Source: Terriglobia bacterium
Lineage (GTDB): Bacteria; Acidobacteriota; Terriglobia; JAJPHL01; JAPKYU01
DNA length: 64,000 nt
NCBI GenBank assembly: GCA_965206645.1
Contig: CBDBKE010000004.1
Span: forward strand, 128,001 to 192,000
Direction: 5' to 3'
Both the position numbers and the translations under genes were made by a program. Positions 9,180-18,152 of this stretch are shown piece after piece; within the stretch, counting starts at the first letter, position 1, and each line of letters begins with the position of its first letter. Under the pieces are notes generated by a model that saw only the letters and a list, made by a program, of their open reading frames with translations, had not been told where the DNA came from and searched no databases.

Positions 9180-10253
9180 TTAGACTCCGGGGAAGGGAAG
9201 CGAGGACACTTCCGCAGTTGTGCCTTCCACCTGGACGTGCGCTCCTGGCTCGGAGAATTCGTGGCGGAGGTAGGCCAGGGCGATAGGTTTGCCCAGGGCG
9301 AAGGAGTGGGCGGCGCTCGTGAGGCGCCCAATTTCGCGGCCGCCGTCGCGGTCGCCGGCCGCGATCTTCATCCCGACGCGCAGCGGAGCCCCGGCCGGCG
9401 CCACCAGCCCCACCAGCTTGCGATTCACTTTGCCGCGCGAGCGCACCCGCTCGACGATTTCCTGTCCCAGGTAGCAGCCCTTGGTGAAGCTGAGGGCGCG
9501 GAACTGGCCGGTTTCCTGAGGGATGTTGTTCTCTTCGATGTCGGCGCCGTAGCGCGGGGTGCCAGCCTCGATGCGAGCCACTTCCAATGCCGCGAATCCC
9601 ACGGGCCGTCCGCCCAGCGGGCGGGCTGCTTCCACCAGCGCTTGCCACAGTTCCGGTAGGCGCTCGACCGGAGCTACAATCCAGAACCCTTCCCCGGTCA
9701 GAGCCGTCCGGACCAGCAGGAAGTTGGGATTTCCGTCCGGACTCAGGTGAGCCAGTGGCGCGGTCGGTAGTTCGTCCACGCCTAACGCCGCCGACACCAC
9801 CTGCGGAGCCGCCGGTCCCTCGACCGCCAGGGTTCCCAGGTGCGCCGAGCGATCCTCCAGCTCCACTTCATCCATGATGATGTAGCGCTCCAGCGTCGTC
9901 AGCAGCTTCTCGGTCACCAACGGCTCACAGTCCAGCAGCAGACGTTCGGGCTGGGCCAGTACGTTCAGGTCCGCCAGGATGTGTCCCTGGGCGTTGAGCA
10001 GGAAGCAGTAATTGCCCTGGCCGGGCTGGAGCTGTTCCACGTCGTTCGACACCATGCCTTGCAGGAAGCGCGCGCGATCTTCTCCGGTGGTCACCAGCTT
10101 CCCACGAAAGGAAAGGTCCACGATGCCCGCTGCGCGCCGCAGCGCCTGGTATTCGGCCTCCACGCTGCCAAAGTTTTCCGGAATCTCCCAGCCGTGGTAA
10201 GCGCAGAACTGCGCGCCAGCCGCGTTGTGAACAGAGTTGAGGACAGTGCGCAT
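9180..10253 (-). CDS. YgfZ/GcvT-like folate-binding aminomethyltransferase family protein
   Basis: GEDRARFLQGMVSNDV, RIEAG and the YgfZ signature KGCYLGQE. ATG at 10253 preferred as start. Confidence 0.85.
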   Translation of the reverse strand: MRTVLNSVHNAAGAQFCAYHGWEIPENFGSVEAEYQALRRAAGIVDLSFRGKLVTTGEDRARFLQGMVSNDVEQLQPGQGNYCFLLNAQGHILADLNVLAQPERLLLDCEPLVTEKLLTTLERYIIMDEVELEDRSAHLGTLAVEGPAAPQVVSAALGVDELPTAPLAHLSPDGNPNFLLVRTALTGEGFWIVAPVERLPELWQALVEAARPLGGRPVGFAALEVARIEAGTPRYGADIEENNIPQETGQFRALSFTKGCYLGQEIVERVRSRGKVNRKLVGLVAPAGAPLRVGMKIAAGDRDGGREIGRLTSAAHSFALGKPIALAYLRHEFSEPGAHVQVEGTTAEVSSLPFPGV

Positions 10254-10404
10254 GGCGAGCCGACTTGTCAACCAACCTCCTAAGAGTTGAATACACCGTT
10301 GGGGGTGCAACTGGCAAGCGCCATTCCAGCTTCCCTATAATGCCGGCCTCGCTATAATGAAAGCCCCGGGGGGATGCCATTCTAACCCTAAGGTTGTCTG
10401 CAGC

Positions 10405-11058
10405 ATGATCCACGAGATTCTGCCGGTAGGCTGGTTGCAGTGCAATTGCTCGATCTTTGGCGACCGGGAGGGCGGGGAAGCGATCGTCATTGATCCTGGC
10501 GACGAGATTGAGCGCGTCCTGGCAGTGCTGCGCCGCCACCGCTTGAAGCTCACCCTGATCGCCGTCACCCACGCTCACATTGACCACATCGGGGGGGCAA
10601 GGAAGCTCAAGCAGGCCACCGGCGCGCCCGTCTACCTGCACGAGGCTGACCTGTGGCTGGCGCAAGCACTGCCGCAGCAGGCGCAGATGATCGGGCTGCC
10701 CGAGGGGGAGGCGCCGGAAGCGCTCGAGGCGCCCGACGCGCTGCTGCGGGAAGGCGACACGGTGCGCGTCGGGCCGGCTACCGGCAGCGTCCTTCACAGC
10801 CCCGGTCACACGGAGGGCAGTGTCTGCCTGTACTTTCCCGACGCTGGCGGCAGCAAGAAGCTGTTCGCCGGCGACACCCTGTTTCAGGGCAGCATCGGAC
10901 GAACGGATCTGCCCGGCGGCGACACCGACCAAATCTTGCGTTCGCTCCAAACCAAATTGCTGGCGCTGGACGACGACACCGTGGTGGTGCCGGGTCACGG
11001 CCCGCTGACCACCATTGGCCGCGAGCGCGCCGAGAACCCCTTCCTGCAAGGCCTGTAG
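10405..11058 (+). CDS. MBL-fold metallo-hydrolase (glyoxalase II-like)
   Basis: Motifs THAHIDH, PGHTEG, GDTLF, GRTDLPGG and PGHGP. Confidence 0.9.
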   Translation: MIHEILPVGWLQCNCSIFGDREGGEAIVIDPGDEIERVLAVLRRHRLKLTLIAVTHAHIDHIGGARKLKQATGAPVYLHEADLWLAQALPQQAQMIGLPEGEAPEALEAPDALLREGDTVRVGPATGSVLHSPGHTEGSVCLYFPDAGGSKKLFAGDTLFQGSIGRTDLPGGDTDQILRSLQTKLLALDDDTVVVPGHGPLTTIGRERAENPFLQGL

Positions 11059-11083
11059 CCCGCCCGTGTTGGGGCTTTACTGT

Positions 11084-11143
11084 CAAGTCGTGACTGGGCA
11101 AGTGGTGACTGGGCAAGTGATGAATGGGCAGGTGGTGATTTCG
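11084..11143. repeat. 15-bp tandem repeat, about 4 copies (CAAGTGGTGACTGGG consensus)
   Basis: Units caagtcgtgactggg / caagtggtgactggg / caagtgatgaatggg / caggtggtgatttcg, intergenic. Confidence 0.7.
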
Positions 11144-11208
11144 ACACGTCCTCTTTGTGGCGTTGCCAGTGCCGCGTGGGCAAAGAGGGCAAAGAAAGGC
11201 TAGCCCGC

Positions 11209-12195
11209 ATGGATGAAATGAATGCAATGGATGGATCAGGCAACCTGGCCTGGCAGTTCTTGGACCAGCACCTGGAAGCCGGTCATGAAGAGCGGCCGGC
11301 GTTGCTCACTGCCGGCGCAACTCACACTTATGGGGAACTGACGGAATTGAGCAACCGCGCTGCCGGAGTATTTCGCGACCTGAGTGTGGGCCGCCGGGAG
11401 CATGTATTGCTGGCTCTGCCCAACGGCGCGGAGCTGGTGGCAGCCTTGCTGGGCGCGCTGCGACTGGGCGCCGTCGCTGTGCCCGTGAACCCGCTTTCCC
11501 GGGCGAGCGAGTTGCTGGCGTTGATCCAGGATTGCGCGCCTCGGGTGCTGGTGGTGGATGAGCTTGCGCTGGGCGAGCTGAAGCAGTGCCGCCAGCATGT
11601 TCGGCCCGAAGGCCTGCTGGTAGTGGGAGAGACCGCGCCCGAGTGGTCGTGGCGGCACCGAATCGAGGATGTGGAACCCCACGCTGAAACTCCAGAGGGG
11701 GCGCCCGAAGACCCGGTGGTGTTCCTGTACGCTCCCGCTCCCGGGGGCGAATTCCAAGGTGTCTACTACCGCCAGGAGCATCTGCTCCATTGGAGCCAGC
11801 AGCTCGGCCGCCGTTTAGTTAATATTGACTGTCAGGATCGTGTCTACTCGACTCTTCCCATCTGGTCGGCCTGGGGGCTGCTCGCCAGCTTGGCCTTGCC
11901 TTTTTCGTCAGGCGCAGCGACAGTGCTGGAGTCGCAAGAGGTCACAGCGGAGGCGGCGGTTGGCGCTATCGCGCGTTTTCGTCCTTCACTCTTCTTCACG
12001 GCCACGTGGTTGTACAGCACGCTGCTCCAGACGCCGGGCGAGTTCGACCGCACATCCCTTCGGCAGGCGATTGCGGTTGGGGAGAGCCTGCCCGCCGAGG
12101 TCGCCCGCCGGTTCCGTGAGCGCTTCGGGGTGGAGCTGCTGCAGGGCTTGAGCCTGGACGAGATGGCGCAGGTCGCGCCCTCCGGCACGGATTAG
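11209..12195 (+). CDS. Truncated, degenerate acyl-CoA ligase-like (AMP-binding, benzoate-CoA-ligase-like) protein
   Basis: N-terminal ANL-fold features are present (TYGEL, LGAVAVPVNP, SLRQAIAVGESLP). The P-loop is degenerate (FLYAPAPGGEFQGV) and the ORF ends just after the GxGxTE-equivalent site, lacking the C-terminal part. Confidence 0.62.
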   Translation: MDEMNAMDGSGNLAWQFLDQHLEAGHEERPALLTAGATHTYGELTELSNRAAGVFRDLSVGRREHVLLALPNGAELVAALLGALRLGAVAVPVNPLSRASELLALIQDCAPRVLVVDELALGELKQCRQHVRPEGLLVVGETAPEWSWRHRIEDVEPHAETPEGAPEDPVVFLYAPAPGGEFQGVYYRQEHLLHWSQQLGRRLVNIDCQDRVYSTLPIWSAWGLLASLALPFSSGAATVLESQEVTAEAAVGAIARFRPSLFFTATWLYSTLLQTPGEFDRTSLRQAIAVGESLPAEVARRFRERFGVELLQGLSLDEMAQVAPSGTD

Positions 12196-12296
12196 CTGGC
12201 GTGTAGTAAAATGATTTGGGGAATCCGCCGTGGTATGGCTCCGCGCTAACACACCAGACATCAACTCTGAGCGGAAGCATTAGGGAGGGTAAGGAT

Positions 12297-13196
12297 ATGG
12301 CAGAGCCCTGGAATTTCCTGGACGAACAGTACCGCCTGAAGGTGGGACTGGCGGAGATGCTCAAAGGCGGGGTCATCATGGATGTGATCAATGCCGAGCA
12401 TGCGGAAATCGCCGAGAAGGCGGGGGCGGTAGCAGTGATGGCCCTGGAGCGGGTGCCGGCTGACATTCGGCGGGAAGGGGGTGTGGCCCGCATGGCTCCC
12501 GTCAAGACCATCCGCGCCATCATGAGCACCGTCTCCATCCCGGTGATGGCCAAGGTGCGCATCGGGCACTTCACCGAGGCGCAGGTGCTGGAGGCGCTGG
12601 AGGTGGATTTCATTGACGAAAGCGAAGTGCTGACCCCGGCCGACGAGCAGCACCACATCCACAAGAGTGGCTTCAAGGTGCCGTTCGTCTGCGGCGCGCG
12701 GAACCTGGGTGAGGCGCTGCGGCGCATCGCCGAGGGCGCGGCCATGATCCGAACCAAGGGAGAAGCCGGCTCGGGCAACGTCGTGGAAGCGGTTCGGCAC
12801 ATGCGAGCCATCGTGGGAGAGATGCGCCGGCTGACAGTGCTGGGCGAGGACGAGCTGATGGCGAAATCCAAAGAGCTGGGGGCGCCGCTGGAGCTGGTGC
12901 GCTGGGTGGCCCAGAATGGCCGCTTGCCGGTTCCCAATTTCTCTGCCGGCGGCATCGCGACTCCCGCCGACGCGGCGCTGGTGATGCAGTTGGGGGCCGA
13001 GACGGTTTTTGTCGGCTCGGGCATCTTTAAGTCTTCGGACCCGGAGGTGCGCGCCCGCGCCGTCGTGACCGCCACGACTCATTTCAATGAGCCGAAGGTG
13101 TTGCTGGAGTGCTCGGAAATGCTGGGGGAGGCCATGCGCGGGCTTGACATCGCGGCCCTGGAGGAGAAGGAGCTGCTGCAAACGCGCGGCTGGTAA
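12297..13196 (+). CDS. pdxS: Pyridoxal 5'-phosphate synthase lyase subunit
   Basis: Motifs [45 protein letters not shown] and [11 protein letters not shown]. Confidence 0.97.
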   Translation: MAEPWNFLDEQYRLKVGLAEMLKGGVIMDVINAEHAEIAEKAGAVAVMALERVPADIRREGGVARMAPVKTIRAIMSTVSIPVMAKVRIGHFTEAQVLEALEVDFIDESEVLTPADEQHHIHKSGFKVPFVCGARNLGEALRRIAEGAAMIRTKGEAGSGNVVEAVRHMRAIVGEMRRLTVLGEDELMAKSKELGAPLELVRWVAQNGRLPVPNFSAGGIATPADAALVMQLGAETVFVGSGIFKSSDPEVRARAVVTATTHFNEPKVLLECSEMLGEAMRGLDIAALEEKELLQTRGW

Positions 13197-13198
13197 AG

Positions 13199-13813
13199 AT
13201 GGGGGAAGCCGAAACTCGGAAACCGAGCAAGAACGGCGCGCGCATCGGCGTACTTGCGGTGCAGGGTGATTTCGAGGCTCATGCCCGCGCCCTGCGCCAC
13301 GTCGGGGCCACGCCGGTACTGGTGAAGCATGCGCGACAGGTGGCCCAGGTGGATGGACTCATTCTGCCTGGCGGCGAGAGCACCACGTTGCTGAAGTTCC
13401 TCAGCGAAGACGGCTTGCTGGAAGCCATCCGCGAGATGGCGGCCAAGGGTCGGCCGCTTTTCGGCACCTGCGCCGGCGCCATCCTGATGGCCAGCGAGGT
13501 CAGCAGTCCTCCACAACGCAGTCTGGCTCTGATGGACATTGCAGTTCGTCGCAATGGTTATGGCCGCCAGTTGTCCAGTTTCATCACCCGAGAAAGTCCC
13601 GTTGGCGGCTGGTCCGATTCTTCATTGGAGATGGTCTTTATCCGCGCGCCCATCATTGAACGGGTTGGGCCGGGAGTTCAGGTGCTGGCTGAATGCCGGG
13701 GTTCGGCGGTGCTGGTGCGCCAACAGTACCTGTTGGCCGCTACGTTCCACCCGGAATTGACCCCCGACCCTCGCCTCCATCAATATTTCCTCACCATGGT
13801 CGAGGGGCGCTGA
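13199..13813 (+). CDS. pdxT: PLP synthase glutaminase subunit
   Basis: Motifs GVLAVQGDF, PGGESTT, GTCAG, RNGYGRQ, FIRAP and FHPEL. Directly follows pdxS. Confidence 0.95.
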   Translation: MGEAETRKPSKNGARIGVLAVQGDFEAHARALRHVGATPVLVKHARQVAQVDGLILPGGESTTLLKFLSEDGLLEAIREMAAKGRPLFGTCAGAILMASEVSSPPQRSLALMDIAVRRNGYGRQLSSFITRESPVGGWSDSSLEMVFIRAPIIERVGPGVQVLAECRGSAVLVRQQYLLAATFHPELTPDPRLHQYFLTMVEGR

Positions 13814-13851
13814 AGCGAGGCGGCGCAGCCGCGGGAATCACCTCAATTAAA

Positions 13852-15510
13852 CCGGAATTTCCATTTTGAGCTTCCCCTTCACCCGAAAACCTATGCCTCT
13901 TACCCTGTCGTGTCAATCGCAAATCGCCCGGGCCTCTTTGAGGTGGTAGTGCGGCACATTTTGGCTGTTCTTCGGAGTCGCTGTGCGGGTTTCGCCTGCC
14001 CAGCCTGCCTCGCCGCTGACACTTGTCCGGCCCGACCACTTCTGAGCACCTAAAATTACCCTCTCTCCTGGGTCGCTAGCCGTCTGGCAGCGGCAGTGCC
14101 GAGATCGTTCGCAGCATGCTGCTGAACAGCCTCCGGCTCAAGTGCCCTTCGGCCAGCAAAAGCCAGTAATATCGCGCATGTTTCACCAGCCGTCCTCCCG
14201 TTTTCACCAGCCGCTGCTGCAAACTCGTCAGCGACCAGTTGTTGATCCTCTTCGGTAGCACCAGCCGCCGCCACAGGTTTCCCAAGTTGTAGGCGATCAG
14301 GCTCAGCCATAGGCGCACCTCGTTCGACCGAAACCGATGGCAACTCAGCCGGGTCATCTTTACCGCCTGCTTGCCTTCCTTGATCCATTGCTCTGCGGTG
14401 CCCCGCTTGTTGTAGAACCGGACCACCGCCCGGCTGTCGGTCTCCAGATTGGTGACGATGAACCCCACGCGAGGGAACAGTTCGCCAAAGTGGAACTCCA
14501 CCTTCGCCACCACCCGCCGCGCCTTTTTCCAACTGGCTGCCTGGTAGAGAAAGCTCTTGTACCAGACCACCGGCTTGTGGCTCGGTCGCCCCACTGACCG
14601 CGTCAACAACTCCGCGATGTCCCTCTCCAGACTGTCGTTGGCCGGGATGCGAATCGCATACTTCACGTCCCGCTCCTCCAGTGCGTCGTAGATCTCCGGC
14701 TTGGCGAAGGCGGCGTCGGCGCGAAACACCACTTCCTTGCCCAGCTTCTGCTGCCGTTCGATCTCTGGCAGGAGAAGTTCTTCCCAATCCTCGGCGCTGT
14801 GCACGTTGCCGGGTCGCAGCTTGGCCGCCAGACAGTCACCCTCGCGACTGAACAGCAACAACGGGTGATAGCAACTCGACTCGAAATGCCCGTTGTAGGC
14901 GCTCTGCTCCTGTTCGCCGTAGACCGGGATCTCGGTGCTGTCCATGTCCAGCACCACCCGGCGCGGCGCATCCATAGCTTCCGCCCTGGCGATCAAATCC
15001 CGGTTGATCGCTGCCAAACCAGCAAGGTTCTCGTCTTGCGTCAGCAGTTCTGTCTCGAACGACTGTAACCGGGAAGTCAGGGCTGCGCCACGTTCCCAGA
15101 TCTTCTCCGAACCGATCAGCCGGAACGTCGGATCTTGGGAAAGCCGCTCGGCGTCGTTGACGTCTTCGTATCCTGCCAAGCGGCTGTAGATGGACTGCCG
15201 CAGCAAGTCAGCGAGGGGCAACCGGGTGTTCTTCCCCCGAGAGTCGATCAAGTGCTGTTCGATAAGTTCGCCGAACCCCAAACGTTCGTCCAACTCGCGC
15301 ACCACAATCAGACCGCCGTCGGAAGTGATTCGCGATCCCTGAAATGTGACCCGCAGAAACCGGTTGAATGACAGTTGAAACGCCTGTTTTTGGCTCTCAC
15401 CCATTCGGTGTACACCTCCGGAAGGCAATGTTGATGCTGGAACCCGCATCAATACTGACGTTGGAGTCATTCAGAAGGTTGCCGCCGATAGTTCATAAAG
15501 GAAATCCGGG
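13852..15510 (-). mobile_element. Complete IS1380-family insertion sequence (1659 bp)
   Basis: Imperfect terminal IRs CCGGAATTTCCATTTTGAG (13852-13870) and CCCGGATTTCCTTTATGAA (reverse complement of 15492-15510), 14/19 identical. TTAAA directly flanks both ends (13847-13851, 15511-15515). Contains a single transposase. Confidence 0.9.
14076..15404 (-). CDS. IS1380-family DDE transposase
   Basis: Motifs ITSDGG, GYEDVND, LDMDST, YNGHF, CYHPL, LRPGN, RADAAF and FYNKRGTAEQWIKEGK. Confidence 0.92.
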   Translation of the reverse strand: MGESQKQAFQLSFNRFLRVTFQGSRITSDGGLIVVRELDERLGFGELIEQHLIDSRGKNTRLPLADLLRQSIYSRLAGYEDVNDAERLSQDPTFRLIGSEKIWERGAALTSRLQSFETELLTQDENLAGLAAINRDLIARAEAMDAPRRVVLDMDSTEIPVYGEQEQSAYNGHFESSCYHPLLLFSREGDCLAAKLRPGNVHSAEDWEELLLPEIERQQKLGKEVVFRADAAFAKPEIYDALEERDVKYAIRIPANDSLERDIAELLTRSVGRPSHKPVVWYKSFLYQAASWKKARRVVAKVEFHFGELFPRVGFIVTNLETDSRAVVRFYNKRGTAEQWIKEGKQAVKMTRLSCHRFRSNEVRLWLSLIAYNLGNLWRRLVLPKRINNWSLTSLQQRLVKTGGRLVKHARYYWLLLAEGHLSRRLFSSMLRTISALPLPDG

Positions 15511-15514
15511 TTAA

Positions 15515-15686
15515 ACCCCCATTTTCAAAAGCGCAGTACTCACGCTGGGCGAATGGTACTTTTATGATCGGACGGTTCGGGGAAGCCGACCGCATCTAGC
15601 AGCAGGTCCTCGTCCTGCAGCCCAATGCCCCCGACTACCTGGCCTCCCGCGCCGCGCTCCGCAAGGTCCTGAATCGTCCCCCGTAG
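15515..15686 (+). pseudogene. 3'-end remnant of a paralogue of the adjacent TMTC-like gene
   Basis: Translates TPIFKSAVLTLGEWYF[+1 frameshift]MIGRFGEADRI*QQVLVLQPNAPDYLASRAALRKVLNRPP*, collinear with TPSSKTAVLSLGRLYFITRRYEEADRMYQQGLVLRPNDPDYLNFRAAVRKILHP at 16878-17039. Confidence 0.8.
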
Positions 15687-15728
15687 ACGGCCCGTGCAAT
15701 CCTTAACGTAGTATAGTGGCCGTAAAAA

Positions 15729-17102
15729 ATGAGCTTCTCCACCTGCATGAGCCTTCGGGGCCTGACGCTAGGCCGGGGCGCGGTGGCTTTGGTTCTGCTG
15801 ACCGGTCTGGTCTATGCACACTCGCTGGGCGGCGCCTTTATCTGGGACGACGAATGGCTCTACTTCGACAACCCGCGACTATTCAAGGAAACCGTGACGT
15901 CGGTGTTTAGCCGCGACTCCCATCTACTTGATCCGGAAAAGGCGCAGTACGTGGTTTACCGTCCGTTCCAGTTTTTGGCTCATTCCTGGCTCGCCCGGCT
16001 TACCGACCGGCAGTCCTTCGGACTGCACCTGGCTTCCGTCGCCGTGCACGCCGCCGCCGGCCTGCTTCTCTTCTTGCTGGTCCTGGAATTCGCCGAACTC
16101 CGAGTGGCCTGGTTCACGGCCGCCCTCTTCCTGGTCCATCCCCTGCATGTGGAAGCGGTGGCCTGGATGGCCGCCTTCTCCGAGGTGCTGGCCGGCGCCT
16201 TGATGTTGCTGAGCCTTTACGCCCTGCTGCGGGCTCGGGCCGGCCCAAGATGGCTGCTGGCCGTCAGCTACCTGGCCGCCACCATCGCTTTCTTGACGAA
16301 AGAAACAGCCCTGGCGCTGCCGCTGATGGCGGCGCTGTTTGTCGGTTGGCGGGCCTGGGCATTCTTTGCCATTGCCGGCGCCACGCTCCTGCTGCGTTTC
16401 TCGGCGCTCGGTCTTGCCGTCGGTCATCTGCACCAGCGCTCCGTGTTTGGGCACATCGACATCATCGGCGCAATTGCCTTGCAGTACGCGAAGAAGCTGA
16501 TTTGGCCGTGGCCGCTGGCTCCCGAGTACCACCTGGCGCATCCGCCCACCGCCTGGGTGGTCTTCGCGCTCGCCTGTGCGCTGGCAGGCTGGGCCGCTAC
16601 TCGGCACAAGGAAGTGCGGCGTGCGCTGCTGCTGCTCTTCCTAGCCTTGACCCCTGCGCTGGCGTCCAGCATCGTCCTGCCTCCTCTGCGGCAGGTGCAG
16701 GATCGCTACGCGTATGTCGCGGTCCTGGGCCTCGCCTTACTGATCGGGTACGCGACCCGCCACCGAGCGGGGGCCGCGGCTGCGCTGGCGTTGCTGCTGA
16801 TATGGAGCGCGCTTTCGGTGGCTGCCGTTCTGAATTGGCGCCATGCGGAGACGCTGTGGACTCACACCCTGTGCGTAACCCCCAGTTCCAAGACCGCCGT
16901 GTTGAGCCTGGGCCGCTTGTATTTCATAACCCGACGCTACGAGGAAGCTGACCGCATGTATCAGCAGGGCCTGGTCCTGCGGCCGAATGACCCCGACTAC
17001 CTGAACTTTCGCGCTGCAGTTCGAAAGATTCTGCACCCCGAGCAGCTCGCTGAACCCAACCGTTCGTCCAGTCTCGCACCAGGATCAGGCCGCCATCAGT
17101 AG
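15729..17102 (+). CDS. TMTC-like GT-C membrane glycosyltransferase with C-terminal TPR
   Basis: First-loop acidic motif FIWDD, plus YRP, HPLHVEAVAW, KETAL and DRYAY motifs characteristic of TMTC-like protein O-mannosyltransferases. Many TM helices and one TPR. Confidence 0.75.
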   Translation: MSFSTCMSLRGLTLGRGAVALVLLTGLVYAHSLGGAFIWDDEWLYFDNPRLFKETVTSVFSRDSHLLDPEKAQYVVYRPFQFLAHSWLARLTDRQSFGLHLASVAVHAAAGLLLFLLVLEFAELRVAWFTAALFLVHPLHVEAVAWMAAFSEVLAGALMLLSLYALLRARAGPRWLLAVSYLAATIAFLTKETALALPLMAALFVGWRAWAFFAIAGATLLLRFSALGLAVGHLHQRSVFGHIDIIGAIALQYAKKLIWPWPLAPEYHLAHPPTAWVVFALACALAGWAATRHKEVRRALLLLFLALTPALASSIVLPPLRQVQDRYAYVAVLGLALLIGYATRHRAGAAAALALLLIWSALSVAAVLNWRHAETLWTHTLCVTPSSKTAVLSLGRLYFITRRYEEADRMYQQGLVLRPNDPDYLNFRAAVRKILHPEQLAEPNRSSSLAPGSGRHQ

Positions 17103-17289
17103 TCGCCCGTGATCCTTGGAAAATCAGCACGAAAGAACCTATTGAGCGAGAGTTGAAAATGGTGGTTTTGGCTCTGATCCACTGGGTTTCTACCTCCGGA
17201 AGGCTGTCCTGAGGCTGGAACCGGCATGCATATCGGCGCTGGAGGTCAGGATACGGTTAGGTCTGAAATTTGGAAACGGATATGCGGGG
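17041..17289 (-). mobile_element. Degenerate IS1380 left-end remnant
   Basis: Collinear nucleotide similarity to about 15262-15510 (shared cgttcgtcca, gagttgaaa, ttttggctct, acctccggaaggc, gctggaacc). Encodes FQGSRATTDGGLILVR, like the transposase N-terminus. Ends in GGG followed by TTAAA. Confidence 0.8.
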
Positions 17290-17383
17290 TTAAAGCTTCT
17301 GCAAAAGAAATCGGTTGACAAATCAAGAGATTGGAATTGAAATTGTCTTCCCCCCTTACCAAAGAAGTGAGGGAAAAGCCAAG

Positions 17384-17890
17384 ATGAGCAAACAGAGGGG
17401 TTTCTCGCTGATCGAGTTGCTGATCGTAGTGGCGATCATTTTGATTATTGCCGCAATTGCGATCCCCAACTTGTTGCGATCCCGCATGGCCGCCAACGAA
17501 GCGTCTGCCGTCAGCTCCATGCGATCGCTGAACACCGCCGAGCTAACATTCAACGCCACTTATGGTTCGGGTTATACGGAAAATCTAACCCGGCTGGGTC
17601 CGCCGGCGGCTGGCTCGCAAGCCGACTCCAATCGCGCCGACATAGTGGACCAGATTCTGGCGGGTATGGGTACGGGCGGCACGGCTACCAGCTTCATTAA
17701 GAGTGGCTATAGTTTCTCGTACGCTCCCACTGGCACCAACATGACCTTCGGGTTCATTGCCGCCTACGAGATCGCGGTAGACCCAGTGGTTCGTGGCTCC
17801 AGCGGCCAGCGTTCCTTCTATACCAACGAACCCCTGGTCATTCGTTTTAACCCCACGACCACGGCGACAGCTACCGACACGGTTCTCTAG
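17384..17890 (+). CDS. pilA: Type IVa major pilin (copy 1)
   Basis: Class III signal MSKQRG|FSLIELLIVVAIILIIAAIAIP with Glu5. Confidence 0.9.
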   Translation: MSKQRGFSLIELLIVVAIILIIAAIAIPNLLRSRMAANEASAVSSMRSLNTAELTFNATYGSGYTENLTRLGPPAAGSQADSNRADIVDQILAGMGTGGTATSFIKSGYSFSYAPTGTNMTFGFIAAYEIAVDPVVRGSSGQRSFYTNEPLVIRFNPTTTATATDTVL

Positions 17891-17930
17891 ACTGCTGCGC
17901 TCGGGCGGCGCCAAGAAGTGTCCACCCGGG

Positions 17931-17947
17931 GTGACGCTTTGTGTCAC
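17931..17947. promoter_or_regulatory. Palindrome GTGAC-N7-GTCAC, candidate enhancer (UAS) for a sigma54 activator
   Basis: Perfect 5-bp inverted repeat about 100 bp upstream of the -24 box of pilin copy 2. Confidence 0.42.
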
Positions 17948-18049
17948 TTCGCTGAGTTGCTCGCGTTTGCACAAGCGACGGTAAAAACCAACCTGTTGCT
18001 TGGTTTGAGTTTGTTCCTGCCCCGTGGGTCGTGGACGAGGCTTGCTGTT

Positions 18050-18065
18050 TGGAACAATGATTGCT
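18050..18065 (+). promoter_or_regulatory. Sigma54 (-24/-12) promoter of pilin copy 2
   Basis: TGGAAC-AATGA-TTGCT matches TGGCAC-N5-TTGCW with exact spacing, 87 nt upstream of the ATG. Confidence 0.75.
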
Positions 18066-18152
18066 ACTCTTAGCGGCGCGGGGTTTATCCTGCAACTATA
18101 ACACACGAATACAGCCTCCCCTTGAAGGGGGGGCGGAAGGGCAAAAACAGAT

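Noticed and set aside
11084-11143. Mini-CRISPR
   Set aside because: The 15-bp units are contiguous, with no spacers.
14056-14787. Second ORF inside IS1380
   Set aside because: Alternative-frame overlap of an intact single-ORF transposase, with low-complexity Gly/Ala/Arg composition.
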